Shown here: positions 8,552 through 18,970 of the stretch, piece after piece
How positions within the stretch are numbered: position 1 is the stretch's first letter
How the letters are laid out: the number at the start of each line of letters is the position of its first letter
Source: an uncultured Planctomycetales bacterium
GTDB lineage: Bacteria; Omnitrophota; Gorgyraeia; Zapsychrales; JAHFFX01
Assembly (NCBI GenBank): GCA_964372915.1
Contig: CAYJRN010000007.1
Location: forward strand, 1-57,876
DNA length: 57,876 bases
Direction: 5' to 3'
Translations under genes and position numbers: made by a program
The notes under the pieces: generated by a model
Told to the model about the DNA's origin: nothing
Seen by the model: the letters and a program-made list of their open reading frames with translations, nothing else
The model's database searches: none

Positions 8552-11500
8552 ATGCCTCAAGAGCAATCCAGTTCTTATTTTCATTTCCCCGAAGTCCGGG
8601 TCGTAGAGGCTTCCGCCGGTTCCGGAAAAACTTTTGCCCTCGCCAAACGTTACATTCATTTGTTGCTTGACCCCGCATTGAAACCGGAAGAAATTCCTCT
8701 TAAAAAAATTCTGGCCATTACTTTCACCAACAAGTCGGCCCTTGAAATGAAGGAGCGCATTCTGTCTTTCTTAAAAAGGATCGCGTTTGATCGTTTATCT
8801 CAGGAAGAAGAGGAGGAACTTTTTAAGTCGATGGGCGTCCCAGAAGGCCTGGCCAGACAAAAATCCTTTGCCATCATGGATTATATGATCCGTAATTACA
8901 ATTATTTTCGGGTGCAGACCATCGATAGTTTTATTAACGCGCTTCTTTCGGGCTGCGCGTTTCGGATCAATCTTTCCGCCAATTTCAAGATTAAGAGAAA
9001 TGAAGAAGAGTATTTAAATAGGAGCCTTGATCGTTTGATCGATCTCGCCCAGAAAGATAAAAAGGTTTTGAAGGCTTTTGAGGATTTTTTAAATCAGTAT
9101 ATTTTTTTAGAGCATCGCAGGGGATGGTTCCCCAAAAAGGATATGCTGGAGCTTATAGGATCACTTTTTAAGGTCGCCAACAGCGCTGGATTGCCCTTTA
9201 TAAAAAGTGCCGGCGGCTCGGCGGATCTCATCAAGAAAAGAAAAGAAGTCTTAAAATTCCTGCGCAGACTCAAAGAAGTTTTGCCGGAAAAGACCGACGG
9301 CAAATTCGTCAATTCCCTGGAAACATTCCTCGCTCATCACTCCGCGGGTTTTTCCGTGGATGACCTTTCCAGCTATTTCAATCGAGAAGAATTTCCGATG
9401 AGAAAAGGAGAAGATATCCCGGAAAGGGTTGAAAAATTATGGAGCCAAATCCGGCAGGAGCTTGCTCAATTGTGTGAAGGCGAGGCCAGCGCGATCTTCA
9501 ACTGTTACATTGATGTGTTCGCGCGGGTTGTTGATGAATTGGAAGTCTTGACCCGTAAAGATGATATTCTCTTCTTGTCTCAGCTCAATGAGAAGGCCCG
9601 GCAGCTCTTTGATCGAGAGAACCTGACCGTTGAGGAATTGTATTATCGGCTTGCCAGCCGTTTTCGTCATTATTTGTTTGATGAATTCCAGGATACCTCG
9701 CTCTTACAATGGAAAAATCTTTTTCTGATGGTGGAGGAGGCGCTCTCGACCGGCGGATCGCTTTTTTATGTCGGAGACAAAAAACAGGCCATTTACGCCT
9801 TTCGAGGAGGCGAGGTACGTCTTTTTGATGAGATCAAGGAAGGATTTCAACCCTTTAATGTCACAACGGAAGTTTTGAGGAAAAATTGGCGTAGTCATAA
9901 GGAAATCGTCGAGTTCAACAATGAGATTTTTTCTGCGCGGAATCTGCGAAGGTTTATCCTCGAGCAGGAACAAAGCGAGGATAAGGGAAGCGGTAACCCG
10001 ATAGCGTTGAGGAAGGAAGACATCGAGGATATCCTTAAGACTTTCGGGGATGCGCGGCAAATCCCGCGGTCGGAAAAAATCCACGGTTACGTTAAGGTCG
10101 ACTGCCTTAAGGCCAAGACCATTGATGAGTTGCAGCCTTTGGCCAGGAAAAAACTCCTACAGCTCATCCATGGACTGCGCGCCCGATTTACACTCGGCGA
10201 TATCGCCATTCTGAGTCGGCATAATGCGGAGGTCGAACTGATTACCTCCTGGCTTATGGAAGAAGGGATTCTCGTGGAATCCGAGCGGACTTCCAATATC
10301 AAGGAAAATTTTCTCGTCAAGGAGATGATCTCGCTTCTAAAATTCCTCGATTCCCCCGTTGATAACTTAAGTTTCGCGTCTTTTATCCTGGGGGATATTT
10401 TTGCCGCTGCCGCAGGGATCAAAGTGGAAGATTTGCGTCATTTTGTTTTTGAATTTCATCAAGCGGCGCAAGAACAACAAAGCCTGTATCTTTATAAGAT
10501 ATTCCGTGAGGCTTATCCGAAAATCTGGGATCAATTCTTCGACGAATTTTTTAGAACCGCCGGGCTTTTTCCTTTATATGAGCTGGTGGTGAGCCTGATG
10601 AGCCGCTTCGATTGTTTAAATCGTTTTCCGGATTTTCAGGGATTCTTGATGCGGTTCTTGGAGCTCATTCAGGAAAAAGAAGAAGACGCGGCTGACATCG
10701 CTTCTTTTTTAGAATATTTTGAGAGGGCTGATACGGAAGAACTCTTTGTCAACATCGCACAAGACTCCGCGGTCAAAGTTCTGACCATCCACAAAAGTAA
10801 AGGGCTTGAATTTCCGGTCGTGATTATTCCATTCTTAGGGATGGAAGTTCAGGTGGGCGCCGGGGGCAAACGAGGGGAAAAATCATTTGTCGTCGAGGCG
10901 CATCCGGATCATTTGAGCCTCGTGTATTTTAAGAAAAGATATCCGCGTTTCTCTCCAGCGCTTGCCGAAAAATACCGGCGAGAATATAAAAAGGCGTTTC
11001 TTTCCGAGCTCAACAATATTTACGTGGCCTTGACCCGCGCCTGCAACGAGCTTTATGTCTTTATTCCCCAAAAATCCGGCGGCAGTTTTAATCCCGTCAA
11101 CTTTTTGATCAAAGAAGAATCTTTAGAACGGGGAACGCGGGTGAATAGTCCCGCGGTCATGGCCCGCCTTAAGGATGTGACCTTGAAACTCTCCGCGACC
11201 CGTTACCGGGATTGGATTGATCTTTTGAGAGAAGAATTTAGCGCTGATGGGGAACTCACCCACCGGCAGGATATCCTAAAGGGCAAGATTCTGCATTTTA
11301 TTCTTTCTTTTGTCGGTAATTTGGATCGGGAAGACAAAGGAACCCAGCTTGAGAGCGCCTTCGCTGCCTTACCTTGGGCGTTTCCTTATTGTAAAGATCT
11401 TAAAGATTTCAAAATTTACAATGGGATTATCCAAAAAGTGTTGTCCCGTAAGGCGCTGAAGGCCTTTTTTTATATTCCTGAGGGAGTCGTTTATCGGGAA

Positions 11501-11752
11501 AAGGAACTGGTGGACTCAAAAGGCGAGACTAAGCGCCTCGACCGCTTGATCGTTAAAGAGAAAGAAGTCTGGGTGATCGATTACAAGATCAAGAGATTAT
11601 CGCCTTTTCTCCGGCAGAGTGAAGAAGAAAGTTACGAGGGCCAAGTGCGCGGATACATGAAACTGGTGAGAAATCTTTATCCAAAGCTTGAAGTGAAAGG
11701 TTTTTTGATTTATTTAGAGGAGTTAGAAAGTGAAGAAGTTGCAGCTGAATGA
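8552..11752 (+). CDS. addA: UvrD/AddA-type helicase with C-terminal PD-(D/E)xK nuclease
   Basis: Walker A ASAGSGKTFAL, motif II FDEFQDTS, and a C-terminal RLDRLIV...VWVIDYK nuclease motif. Confidence 0.8.
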   Translation: MPQEQSSSYFHFPEVRVVEASAGSGKTFALAKRYIHLLLDPALKPEEIPLKKILAITFTNKSALEMKERILSFLKRIAFDRLSQEEEEELFKSMGVPEGLARQKSFAIMDYMIRNYNYFRVQTIDSFINALLSGCAFRINLSANFKIKRNEEEYLNRSLDRLIDLAQKDKKVLKAFEDFLNQYIFLEHRRGWFPKKDMLELIGSLFKVANSAGLPFIKSAGGSADLIKKRKEVLKFLRRLKEVLPEKTDGKFVNSLETFLAHHSAGFSVDDLSSYFNREEFPMRKGEDIPERVEKLWSQIRQELAQLCEGEASAIFNCYIDVFARVVDELEVLTRKDDILFLSQLNEKARQLFDRENLTVEELYYRLASRFRHYLFDEFQDTSLLQWKNLFLMVEEALSTGGSLFYVGDKKQAIYAFRGGEVRLFDEIKEGFQPFNVTTEVLRKNWRSHKEIVEFNNEIFSARNLRRFILEQEQSEDKGSGNPIALRKEDIEDILKTFGDARQIPRSEKIHGYVKVDCLKAKTIDELQPLARKKLLQLIHGLRARFTLGDIAILSRHNAEVELITSWLMEEGILVESERTSNIKENFLVKEMISLLKFLDSPVDNLSFASFILGDIFAAAAGIKVEDLRHFVFEFHQAAQEQQSLYLYKIFREAYPKIWDQFFDEFFRTAGLFPLYELVVSLMSRFDCLNRFPDFQGFLMRFLELIQEKEEDAADIASFLEYFERADTEELFVNIAQDSAVKVLTIHKSKGLEFPVVIIPFLGMEVQVGAGGKRGEKSFVVEAHPDHLSLVYFKKRYPRFSPALAEKYRREYKKAFLSELNNIYVALTRACNELYVFIPQKSGGSFNPVNFLIKEESLERGTRVNSPAVMARLKDVTLKLSATRYRDWIDLLREEFSADGELTHRQDILKGKILHFILSFVGNLDREDKGTQLESAFAALPWAFPYCKDLKDFKIYNGIIQKVLSRKALKAFFYIPEGVVYREKELVDSKGETKRLDRLIVKEKEVWVIDYKIKRLSPFLRQSEEESYEGQVRGYMKLVRNLYPKLEVKGFLIYLEELESEEVAAE

Positions 11753-11758
11753 GGAGAA

Positions 11759-14608
11759 ATGAACCGTATCCTCACCTATAATTTTTCGGAGAATTTTGTT
11801 GAGCGCCTTGCCGATCTTCTTAAGGAGAATTATTTTAAGAAGGACAAGGATCTTAGTCGTCTCGCGGTTGTCTTCGGCGGTAAACGGCCGGCCTTGTTTT
11901 TAAAACGCGCGCTTTCTCATCGGGTGAAGGAAAGTTTCTTCCCGCCTCAGTTTTTTACCATCGATGAATTTGTGAATTATGTTCTTTTTAAAAAAGAACA
12001 CTTTTCTTTAATCACGGATCTCGATGCCTGTTACGTGATTTTCAAGCTCGCCAAGCGAGTTTCTCCTCAGATTCTCAAAGGTCGTCATACCTTCGCGGAA
12101 TTTTTGCCGTGGGCCCGGGAAATTTTAGCTTTTATCGAACAGCTCGATCTTGAGGCAATGGAAAGCTCGGCCCTTAAGAATATTGAGCTAAGCGCCGAAA
12201 TTGGTTATGCGGTTCCGCCGGACATCAACCGTTTGCTTGAACACATCATTATTTTAAGGGCGCGTTTTCATGAAACCCTTGAAGAGCAAAAGACTTATAC
12301 CCGCGGGTTGTGTTATCTTAAAGCGGCGCGAGAAATCGCGACCATCGTCTTTGAGGATTTTGATGAGATCATTTTTGGGAATTTCTTTTTTCTGCACAAA
12401 ACCGAAAGCCTTTTATTGAAGGACCTTCTTAAACGTCAGCAGGCGCTCTTGATTTTTCAAGGCAGTGAAGACGATTGGCCGGTCCTTAAAAAAAACGCGA
12501 ACGCTTTCTTAAATCCCATTCTGCCTGAGCAAAAAAAACCCTTGCCCCGCTTTAACCTGGAACTCTTCGCCGGGTTCGATACCCATTCGCAGGTGTGCCT
12601 GGTGCGTGAAATCATCAAAAAGATTATTGCCTCCGGAGAAAGTCTGAACGGCACCGTGATTGTCCTGCCGGAATCGGGACATCTGATTCCGCTACTTTCC
12701 GAAATTACCGCGCTGGTGGAGGATTTTAACATCTCGATGGGCTACCCGCTTGAGCGAAGCTCCCTGCAGACGCTTCTCAAATTCATTTTTTCAGCGCAAT
12801 TGACACGTAAGGAAAAGGCCTATTATGCGAAGGATTATCTTAAAGTCCTGAGGCATCCGTTGGTTAAAAGTCTCAAGCTCTCGAAGGATCCGGCCGTCAC
12901 CAGGGTCCTCATCCATAAAATTGAGGAGGTCTTGACGGGACAACAGAAAACGATCCTGGGCGGACAGCTTTTTTTGAAGCTCGAGGATCTTATCGATCTC
13001 GATCATCTTTACGAAATAACAAGAGAGGTTCTTGCGCGCATGGGTTTTTCTCTTAAAAAGAAAGAAATCAAAGAGATTTTAGAAGAACTGCACGCGCAGT
13101 TATTCACTGCTTGGGAAAAAATCATCAATCTTTCGAATTTTTCACAAGGGCTCGAGGGATTCCTTAACCTCTTTGTCCACAAAAGTCTGATGGGGGCGTA
13201 CCCTCTAAATCTTAAGATTGCCGAAAGAATGTATTCTGTCGTGGAAGAGATGAAGTCGGCCGTCTTCAACCAGGAGTCCTTTTTCCCCGAGGAGTGTTTT
13301 CAGATTTTTAAGAATAAAATCGAGCGAGAAATGGTGTCATTCTTGGGGAGTCCTTTGAAGGGTTTGCAGATCTTGGGGCTTCTGGAAACAAGGGCGCTTA
13401 ACTTCAAAAACGTTATCATTATGGATATGAATGAAGGGGTGCTTCCTCGATTGAGGATTTACGATCCCTTGATTCCCCGGGAGGTGATGGTTTCTTTAAA
13501 CCTCGACCGCTTGGAACAGGAAGAGGAGATTCAGCGTTATCAGTTTATGCGTCTCATTTCTTCGGCCGAGAATGTTTATCTGGTTTACGAGGAAAGCCAG
13601 GACAAGGAGAAAAGCCGCTTCGTCGAGGAATTGGTCTGGGCCCGACAAAAGAAAGAAAATACCCTGGATGCCGTAAAGATCACGCGCGCCGAATTCAAGT
13701 TCCAGGTTCTTCAAAAGAAGACCGACATCAAAAAGACCGGAGAAGTTTTGGATTTCCTAAAGAACCACACGTATTCAGCGAGCAGTCTCAATACTTATAT
13801 CCGGTGTCCGTTACGTTTTTATTACAAATATGTTTTAGGGTTGATGGAAAAAGAAGATTACTTCGAAGAGCCGGAGAATCGGCAAGTGGGGATCTTTATT
13901 CATGAGCTTTTGGAAGAAACCTTCGGCAAGTTCCTTCATAAGAAGCCGGTTTTGGGTACCGCGTTCCGCACGTATTTTTTCAAAGTCTTTGAAACCAAGT
14001 TTGAAGAAACTTTCGGCCGGTCGATTGTGTCCGACGCCTTTCTTTTAAAGAAGGTCTTAGAGGTGCGACTTGACGATTTTCTTAATAAGGAAGGTGAGGC
14101 AAAAGGGGTGAGGGATGTTCAGGAGATTCTTGAGATTGAAAAACGTTTTGCTGAAAGTATCTCGTTATCCAGTGGAGAATTCAAATTTGTTTATCAGGTG
14201 GACCGCATTGACCGTCTGAAGGATGGGACGATCCTTATCGTGGATTACAAGACCGGGAGCGAAGATCCGACGCCTAAAAAAATGGAAACGATCTCAAGCA
14301 TGGAATTGTCGCGTGACGCGATCAAAAAGAACGTGAGGTCGTTCCAAATGCCGCTTTACTTCGATCTTTTGGGCCGCAGGTATCCGAACGAGAAGATCAA
14401 TGCGATGTTTTATAATTTAAGGACTCTGGAGACGAAAGAATTTTTGAAAGACGCCGTTTCCTCGGACGCCCGGGAACCGAATCAAGTTTTTCGTAAATCT
14501 CTCGAGCACACTCTCGGGGAAATCGTTGACCCAAAAGTCCATTTCAAACCCGACGACCGCGAGCCGCGTTATTGCGCCACCTGTCCGTTTTACTATGTGT
14601 GTCGGTAA
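11759..14608 (+). CDS. addB: AddB-type PD-(D/E)xK nuclease subunit with Fe-S cysteines
   Basis: C-terminal YIRCPLRFYYKY...ILIVDYKTG...CATCPFYYVC (C...CxxCx5C). Degenerate N-terminal P-loop (FGGKRP). Immediately downstream of addA. Confidence 0.7.
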   Translation: MNRILTYNFSENFVERLADLLKENYFKKDKDLSRLAVVFGGKRPALFLKRALSHRVKESFFPPQFFTIDEFVNYVLFKKEHFSLITDLDACYVIFKLAKRVSPQILKGRHTFAEFLPWAREILAFIEQLDLEAMESSALKNIELSAEIGYAVPPDINRLLEHIIILRARFHETLEEQKTYTRGLCYLKAAREIATIVFEDFDEIIFGNFFFLHKTESLLLKDLLKRQQALLIFQGSEDDWPVLKKNANAFLNPILPEQKKPLPRFNLELFAGFDTHSQVCLVREIIKKIIASGESLNGTVIVLPESGHLIPLLSEITALVEDFNISMGYPLERSSLQTLLKFIFSAQLTRKEKAYYAKDYLKVLRHPLVKSLKLSKDPAVTRVLIHKIEEVLTGQQKTILGGQLFLKLEDLIDLDHLYEITREVLARMGFSLKKKEIKEILEELHAQLFTAWEKIINLSNFSQGLEGFLNLFVHKSLMGAYPLNLKIAERMYSVVEEMKSAVFNQESFFPEECFQIFKNKIEREMVSFLGSPLKGLQILGLLETRALNFKNVIIMDMNEGVLPRLRIYDPLIPREVMVSLNLDRLEQEEEIQRYQFMRLISSAENVYLVYEESQDKEKSRFVEELVWARQKKENTLDAVKITRAEFKFQVLQKKTDIKKTGEVLDFLKNHTYSASSLNTYIRCPLRFYYKYVLGLMEKEDYFEEPENRQVGIFIHELLEETFGKFLHKKPVLGTAFRTYFFKVFETKFEETFGRSIVSDAFLLKKVLEVRLDDFLNKEGEAKGVRDVQEILEIEKRFAESISLSSGEFKFVYQVDRIDRLKDGTILIVDYKTGSEDPTPKKMETISSMELSRDAIKKNVRSFQMPLYFDLLGRRYPNEKINAMFYNLRTLETKEFLKDAVSSDAREPNQVFRKSLEHTLGEIVDPKVHFKPDDREPRYCATCPFYYVCR

Positions 14609-14737
14609 GTGACTATGAAATTTTTTTAGAAGGTTATTTAATAACATTACCTCTTTGATGCCTGTGCGCCGTCTGATGTCGTAAGGCATTCGACGGGTCG
14701 CTTATGGGTTGACTCCAAAAACCTTTTGTGATACTTT

Positions 14738-15445
14738 ATGGCAATGATTAAAGACAATGTTCTCCGTATTAAGGAGCGCATCTCTTCAATTTGCCAAAGG
14801 TTAGGCAGAAATCCGCAAGATATCATTCTGGTTGGCGTTACCAAATTCGCGCCTATTGAGAAAATTGAAGAGGTCATCGCCGCCGGCATCAGCCACATCG
14901 CGGAAAATAAGCTGCAGGAGGTTCAAAAGAAGTATCCGTTTTTGAAGACGGATGGCAAACCCGTGACCCGGCATATGATCGGGCATCTGCAGACCAACAA
15001 GGTCAAGGATGCCTTGAAGCACTTTGATCTCATCCAGTCGGTGGATTCCTTAAAGCTCGCCGAGGAAATTGAAAAACAAGCCGGTAAGATCAATCGTGTG
15101 GCCGACATTCTGGTTCAAATCAATACCGCCGCGGAAGAACAGAAATTCGGCGCTGGTAAGGATGAGGCGATGCAACTGATCGAGGAGATCCTGAACTTAT
15201 CGCATGTCAAAGTTTTGGGATTGATGGCCATGGCGCCTTTGACCGCAGATGAGAAAGTTGTTCGCAAGACGTTTAGTGATTTAAGAGAAATTAAAAATAA
15301 AGCGGCTGTCCAATTCCAAGGTCACCCGTCCATGGGTTTGAAATATTTGTCGATGGGAATGTCGGGAGATTTTGAAATCGCCCTCGAGGAGGGCTCGAAT
15401 ATGGTAAGAATCGGCAGCGCGATATTTCATGAGCGCACAAGTTAA
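14738..15445 (+). CDS. yggS: YggS-family pyridoxal-phosphate homeostasis protein
   Basis: LVGVTKF (PLP Lys), HMIGHLQTNKV, LSMGMSGDFEIA. Confidence 0.9.
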   Translation: MAMIKDNVLRIKERISSICQRLGRNPQDIILVGVTKFAPIEKIEEVIAAGISHIAENKLQEVQKKYPFLKTDGKPVTRHMIGHLQTNKVKDALKHFDLIQSVDSLKLAEEIEKQAGKINRVADILVQINTAAEEQKFGAGKDEAMQLIEEILNLSHVKVLGLMAMAPLTADEKVVRKTFSDLREIKNKAAVQFQGHPSMGLKYLSMGMSGDFEIALEEGSNMVRIGSAIFHERTS

Positions 15446-15582
15446 AGAACGAAGTGAATTTAACTTGTTAGCGCGAATGACCCTCGAAGAGGGTAAAGAT
15501 TAAAACAAAGATTGTGGCTCGTCGCCCGTGACCCGTGACTCGTTAACGGGTCCCGACCCCCGAGTCACGAGGCACAAATCCT

Positions 15583-16380
15583 ATGACTAAACTTATCACA
15601 ATTGGCATTGTTGGCGGCGGGAATATGGGAGAGGCGTTCATCAAGAGCGTTCACGCAAAATATTCCGTGGTCGTCCATGAAAAAGATCAAGAGCGCCAGG
15701 AATATTTACGCAAAACCTATAAGATCCGCGTCTTGAGCCTTAAGGATTTACTGGAAGCTTCCGAGGTTATCATCCTTGCGGTGAAGCCGCAGGATATTGA
15801 GGAAGTTTTGAGTGCCATCCGCCCCTTTGTCAATAAGAACAAGCTTATCATTTCGATCGCGGCCGGGATCACGATCTCTTATCTAGAGAAGAGTCTCCCT
15901 GAAAAGACGCGTGTCATCCGCGCCATGCCCAATATGCCGGCGATGATTGAGGAAGGGATCACCGCCCTTTGCAAAGGGAATTCCGCGAAATCGACCGATC
16001 TTGACTTGGCGGTAAAAATATTGAATCATCTGGGCGAAGTCGTGAGTGTTTCCGAAGATTTAATCGATGCCGTGACCGCCGTGTCCGGCAGCGGCCCGGC
16101 GTATGTGTTCCTTTTTATGGAATGCTTGATGAAGGCCGCGCAATCTTTGGGTTTAAATGAAAAATTATCCAAACAGCTCGTCGAAGCCACTTTTAAAGGC
16201 AGCGTGGATTTGCTCACGATGAAGAACGAGGATCCGGCCGTTTTAAGGGCGAAAGTCACTTCCAAGGGCGGAACCACCCAGGCCGCGATGGATGTCTTTA
16301 TAGAGAAGAAGATCGATTCCATTATTCAAGAGGCGCTGGGGGCCGCTAAAAAACGCGCGGGAGAATTGTCGCGTAAATGA
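15583..16380 (+). CDS. proC: pyrroline-5-carboxylate reductase
   Basis: IGIVGGGNMGEA, GSGPAYVF, VTSKGGTTQAA. Confidence 0.9.
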   Translation: MTKLITIGIVGGGNMGEAFIKSVHAKYSVVVHEKDQERQEYLRKTYKIRVLSLKDLLEASEVIILAVKPQDIEEVLSAIRPFVNKNKLIISIAAGITISYLEKSLPEKTRVIRAMPNMPAMIEEGITALCKGNSAKSTDLDLAVKILNHLGEVVSVSEDLIDAVTAVSGSGPAYVFLFMECLMKAAQSLGLNEKLSKQLVEATFKGSVDLLTMKNEDPAVLRAKVTSKGGTTQAAMDVFIEKKIDSIIQEALGAAKKRAGELSRK

Positions 16381-17252
16381 CGGAGGTCAAGATGGCAAAG
16401 GTTGGGATCATCGGCGGCAGCGGGCTTTATAATATCGAAGGTTTACAAAAACAAGATGAGGTAGCCTTCGGAACGCCTTTCGGGGTCCTGTCCGATAAAT
16501 TTCACACGGGGACATTGGAAGGCGTGGAGGTTGTTTTCTTACCGCGCCATGGCAAAGGCCATCACATTTCCCCCAGTAAAATCAATTTTAAGGCGAACAT
16601 CTTTGGGATGAAAAAGCTCGGCGTGGATGCCATTATCTCGGTGTCGGCCTGCGGCAGTCTTAAGGAAGAGATGAAGCCCATGGATTTCGTCATTCCCGAT
16701 CAGTTCGTCGACCGGACCCACCAGGCTCGCCCTAGTACCTTTTTTGACAACGGCATTGTGGCCCATGTATCTTTTGCGGATCCCGTGAGTCCGGAACTTA
16801 CCTCAATTCTTTATCAGAGCGCCCAAGAATTGGGTCTTAGAGTTCATCCTAAGGGCACCTACATCAATATGGAAGGTCCGCAATTCTCGACCAAGGCTGA
16901 ATCAAATCTGTATCGCAGTTGGGGCATGGATATTATCGGCATGACCAATATGGTGGAGGCCAAGCTCGCCCGCGAGGCCGAGATGTCCTACGCCACGCTT
17001 GCCGCGGTGACCGATTACGATTGCTGGCACGAGTCACACGAGACCGTGACGGTCGATATGATCATCGCCAATTTGAATAAGAACATTGAAAACGCCAAGA
17101 AAATTTTACAGAAGGCCATCCCGCGCGTTGGAGCTCTCACGAAGTTCAGCGCTTCCGACGCGCTCAAGCACGCCATCATCACGCAAAAGGACGCGATGCC
17201 CGAAGATGCGAAAAAGGATTTGCAGCTTATTCTCGGGAAGTATTTGAAGTGA
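16377..17252 (+). CDS. mtnP: S-methyl-5'-thioadenosine phosphorylase
   Basis: VGIIGGSGLY, FLPRHGKGHHISPS, GPQFSTKAES, MTNMVEAKLAREAE. Confidence 0.9.
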   Translation: MTEVKMAKVGIIGGSGLYNIEGLQKQDEVAFGTPFGVLSDKFHTGTLEGVEVVFLPRHGKGHHISPSKINFKANIFGMKKLGVDAIISVSACGSLKEEMKPMDFVIPDQFVDRTHQARPSTFFDNGIVAHVSFADPVSPELTSILYQSAQELGLRVHPKGTYINMEGPQFSTKAESNLYRSWGMDIIGMTNMVEAKLAREAEMSYATLAAVTDYDCWHESHETVTVDMIIANLNKNIENAKKILQKAIPRVGALTKFSASDALKHAIITQKDAMPEDAKKDLQLILGKYLK

Positions 17253-17279
17253 TTGAGGTGTTCTTGAGGGGATGACCTG

Positions 17280-17325
17280 TTTTACACTACAATTCAGCCG
17301 ATGTCGGCTGAATTGTAGTGTAAAA
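17280..17325. repeat. 22-bp perfect inverted repeat (hairpin with a 2-nt loop)
   Basis: ttttacactacaattcagccga tg tcggctgaattgtagtgtaaaa, 28 nt after the mtnP stop. No U-tract. Confidence 0.9.
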
Positions 17326-17358
17326 TCGCGCCACGCGCCGCGCGGGGCAGCATGGACG

Positions 17359-17670
17359 ATGGCAAAAACTTTAAGAAAGACAAGGGGACACAGCGAAAGC
17401 TATTTTCTAAAAGCCCGGGAGAAGATCTACGAACGGCTGGCTCAATTGCCGCGCGGCACCATTAAAGAACGCCTCATATCCGGATGGAAGTATTATTACC
17501 TTCAGCGCCGCGAGGGAAAGAAAGTCCTGCACACCTACATCGGCAGAGAAATTCCGGAAGATTTAAAAAGAACGATGCAAGAACGCGAAACACTGCGGGC
17601 CGAGCTAAGGAAGATACAGAAAAGCCTGGTGGCGTTCCTGTCCGCAGAAATAAAAAAGATTATGCAGTGA
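17359..17670 (+). CDS. small basic hypothetical protein
   Basis: 103-aa ORF from the ATG at 17359, downstream of the palindrome. Lys/Arg-rich with a C-terminal coiled-coil-like segment. No family recognised. Confidence 0.45.
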   Translation: MAKTLRKTRGHSESYFLKAREKIYERLAQLPRGTIKERLISGWKYYYLQRREGKKVLHTYIGREIPEDLKRTMQERETLRAELRKIQKSLVAFLSAEIKKIMQ

Positions 17671-17788
17671 AACCTGCGACGGGGAGATGGATGAGTCACA
17701 GGACGGCAATGGAGAGGATTGGGAAGCTATTTTTCGAAAAAATTAAAAATTGACTTTTTTGACCCAATGGGATATATTTGTCAACGCA

Positions 17789-18970
17789 ATGATTAACCGT
17801 AATATTTTGAATAAGTTGCAACAAGAATTATCCCGACCGGAAATTCTTATTCTTTTGGGACCCCGTCAAGTTGGGAAAACCACCCTCCTTAGAATGCTTC
17901 AGGATTATGCAAAGGACAAAGGTTATCAAACAGCCTTCTTTGATCTGGAGCAGCCTGAAATTTTGGCCGATTTTAACCGCTCGGATAAAGAGATCATTCA
18001 GAAAATTGCTGGATCAGGCAAAATCATATTTATTGATGAATTTCAGTATGTGGCCAACATTTCAAAAATTTTCAAAGCCATTTTTGATTCAGATAAAAAA
18101 ATCAAAATCATTTGCTCCGGGTCATCTTCTTTGGAGATCCATAAACATTTAAAGGAGAGCTTGGCCGGTCGAAGATTTTTATATCGCATTTATCCATTAA
18201 CTTATGGCGAATTGAAATTCGGCCTCAAGGACTACACTCTGGAAGATTATCTGCGATTTGGCGGCATGCCGGGGTTAACCCAAACTGATTTGACTGAGAG
18301 AAAACAGCAGATTTTAAGCGAACTTCTGGGAAGCTACATCTTAAAAGACGTAAAATCGCTTGTTAAAGAAGAGAACATCCGTGCCTTCAATCATCTGCTT
18401 TACCTTTTGGCGGAAAATCAAGGATCGACAATCTCGGTAAACTCGTTGGCGAATGAGGTTGCGATGAGTTCCAAGGCCGTTAACCATTATCTTGATATCC
18501 TCGAACAGACATACGTCAATTATCGGATATACAGCTATTCGAAGAATCTGGGTAATGAGTTAAAGAAATCCTGCAAGACTTATTTATATGACCTCGGGAT
18601 CCGCAATTGTTTGCTCAAGGATTTTTCCGGATCTGACAGAAAAGATTATGGGATTACCCTTGAATCCTTTGTTTTTTTAAGACTTCAAACCATGCTTCAA
18701 CCCAATATCGAAATCAAATTCTGGCGGACGAAAGACGGAGGCGAAGTTGACTTTATATTGCTCAAAGACCGTAATCCTATTCCTATTGAAGTCAAAGCAA
18801 AGATTGAACGGTCTGAAATTCCAGCGGGCCTCAAGCGATTTCTTAATCGCTATCCTGCAGTACAATCTGCCTATGTGATCAATGGATCAATAAATGATCA
18901 AGTCAATTTGGATAAGTGTCGCATTCATTACCTGACGTTCGATCGATTCACAGAGGAATTTCCAATTTAG
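17789..18970 (+). CDS. AAA+ ATPase with C-terminal DUF4143/PD-(D/E)xK-like domain (COG1373-type)
   Basis: Walker A GPRQVGKTTLL, Walker B IIFIDEFQ, and a C-terminal GGEVDFIL...IPIEVKAK restriction-endonuclease-like motif. AT-rich coding sequence. Confidence 0.75.
   Translation: MINRNILNKLQQELSRPEILILLGPRQVGKTTLLRMLQDYAKDKGYQTAFFDLEQPEILADFNRSDKEIIQKIAGSGKIIFIDEFQYVANISKIFKAIFDSDKKIKIICSGSSSLEIHKHLKESLAGRRFLYRIYPLTYGELKFGLKDYTLEDYLRFGGMPGLTQTDLTERKQQILSELLGSYILKDVKSLVKEENIRAFNHLLYLLAENQGSTISVNSLANEVAMSSKAVNHYLDILEQTYVNYRIYSYSKNLGNELKKSCKTYLYDLGIRNCLLKDFSGSDRKDYGITLESFVFLRLQTMLQPNIEIKFWRTKDGGEVDFILLKDRNPIPIEVKAKIERSEIPAGLKRFLNRYPAVQSAYVINGSINDQVNLDKCRIHYLTFDRFTEEFPI

Noticed and set aside
15534-15569. 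9-bp stem (cgtgactcg / cgagtcacg) abutting the proC RBS, with tandem cccgtga repeats
   Set aside because: It is short and has no recognisable riboswitch or attenuator features. It could be a simple terminator or stabiliser for yggS. Too weak to report as a finding.
17272-17358. N-terminal extension of the ORF 17272-17670
   Set aside because: The extension is translated straight through the 22-bp palindrome (giving FTLQFSRCRLNCSV). An ATG at 17359 lies downstream of the hairpin, so I used the shorter CDS.
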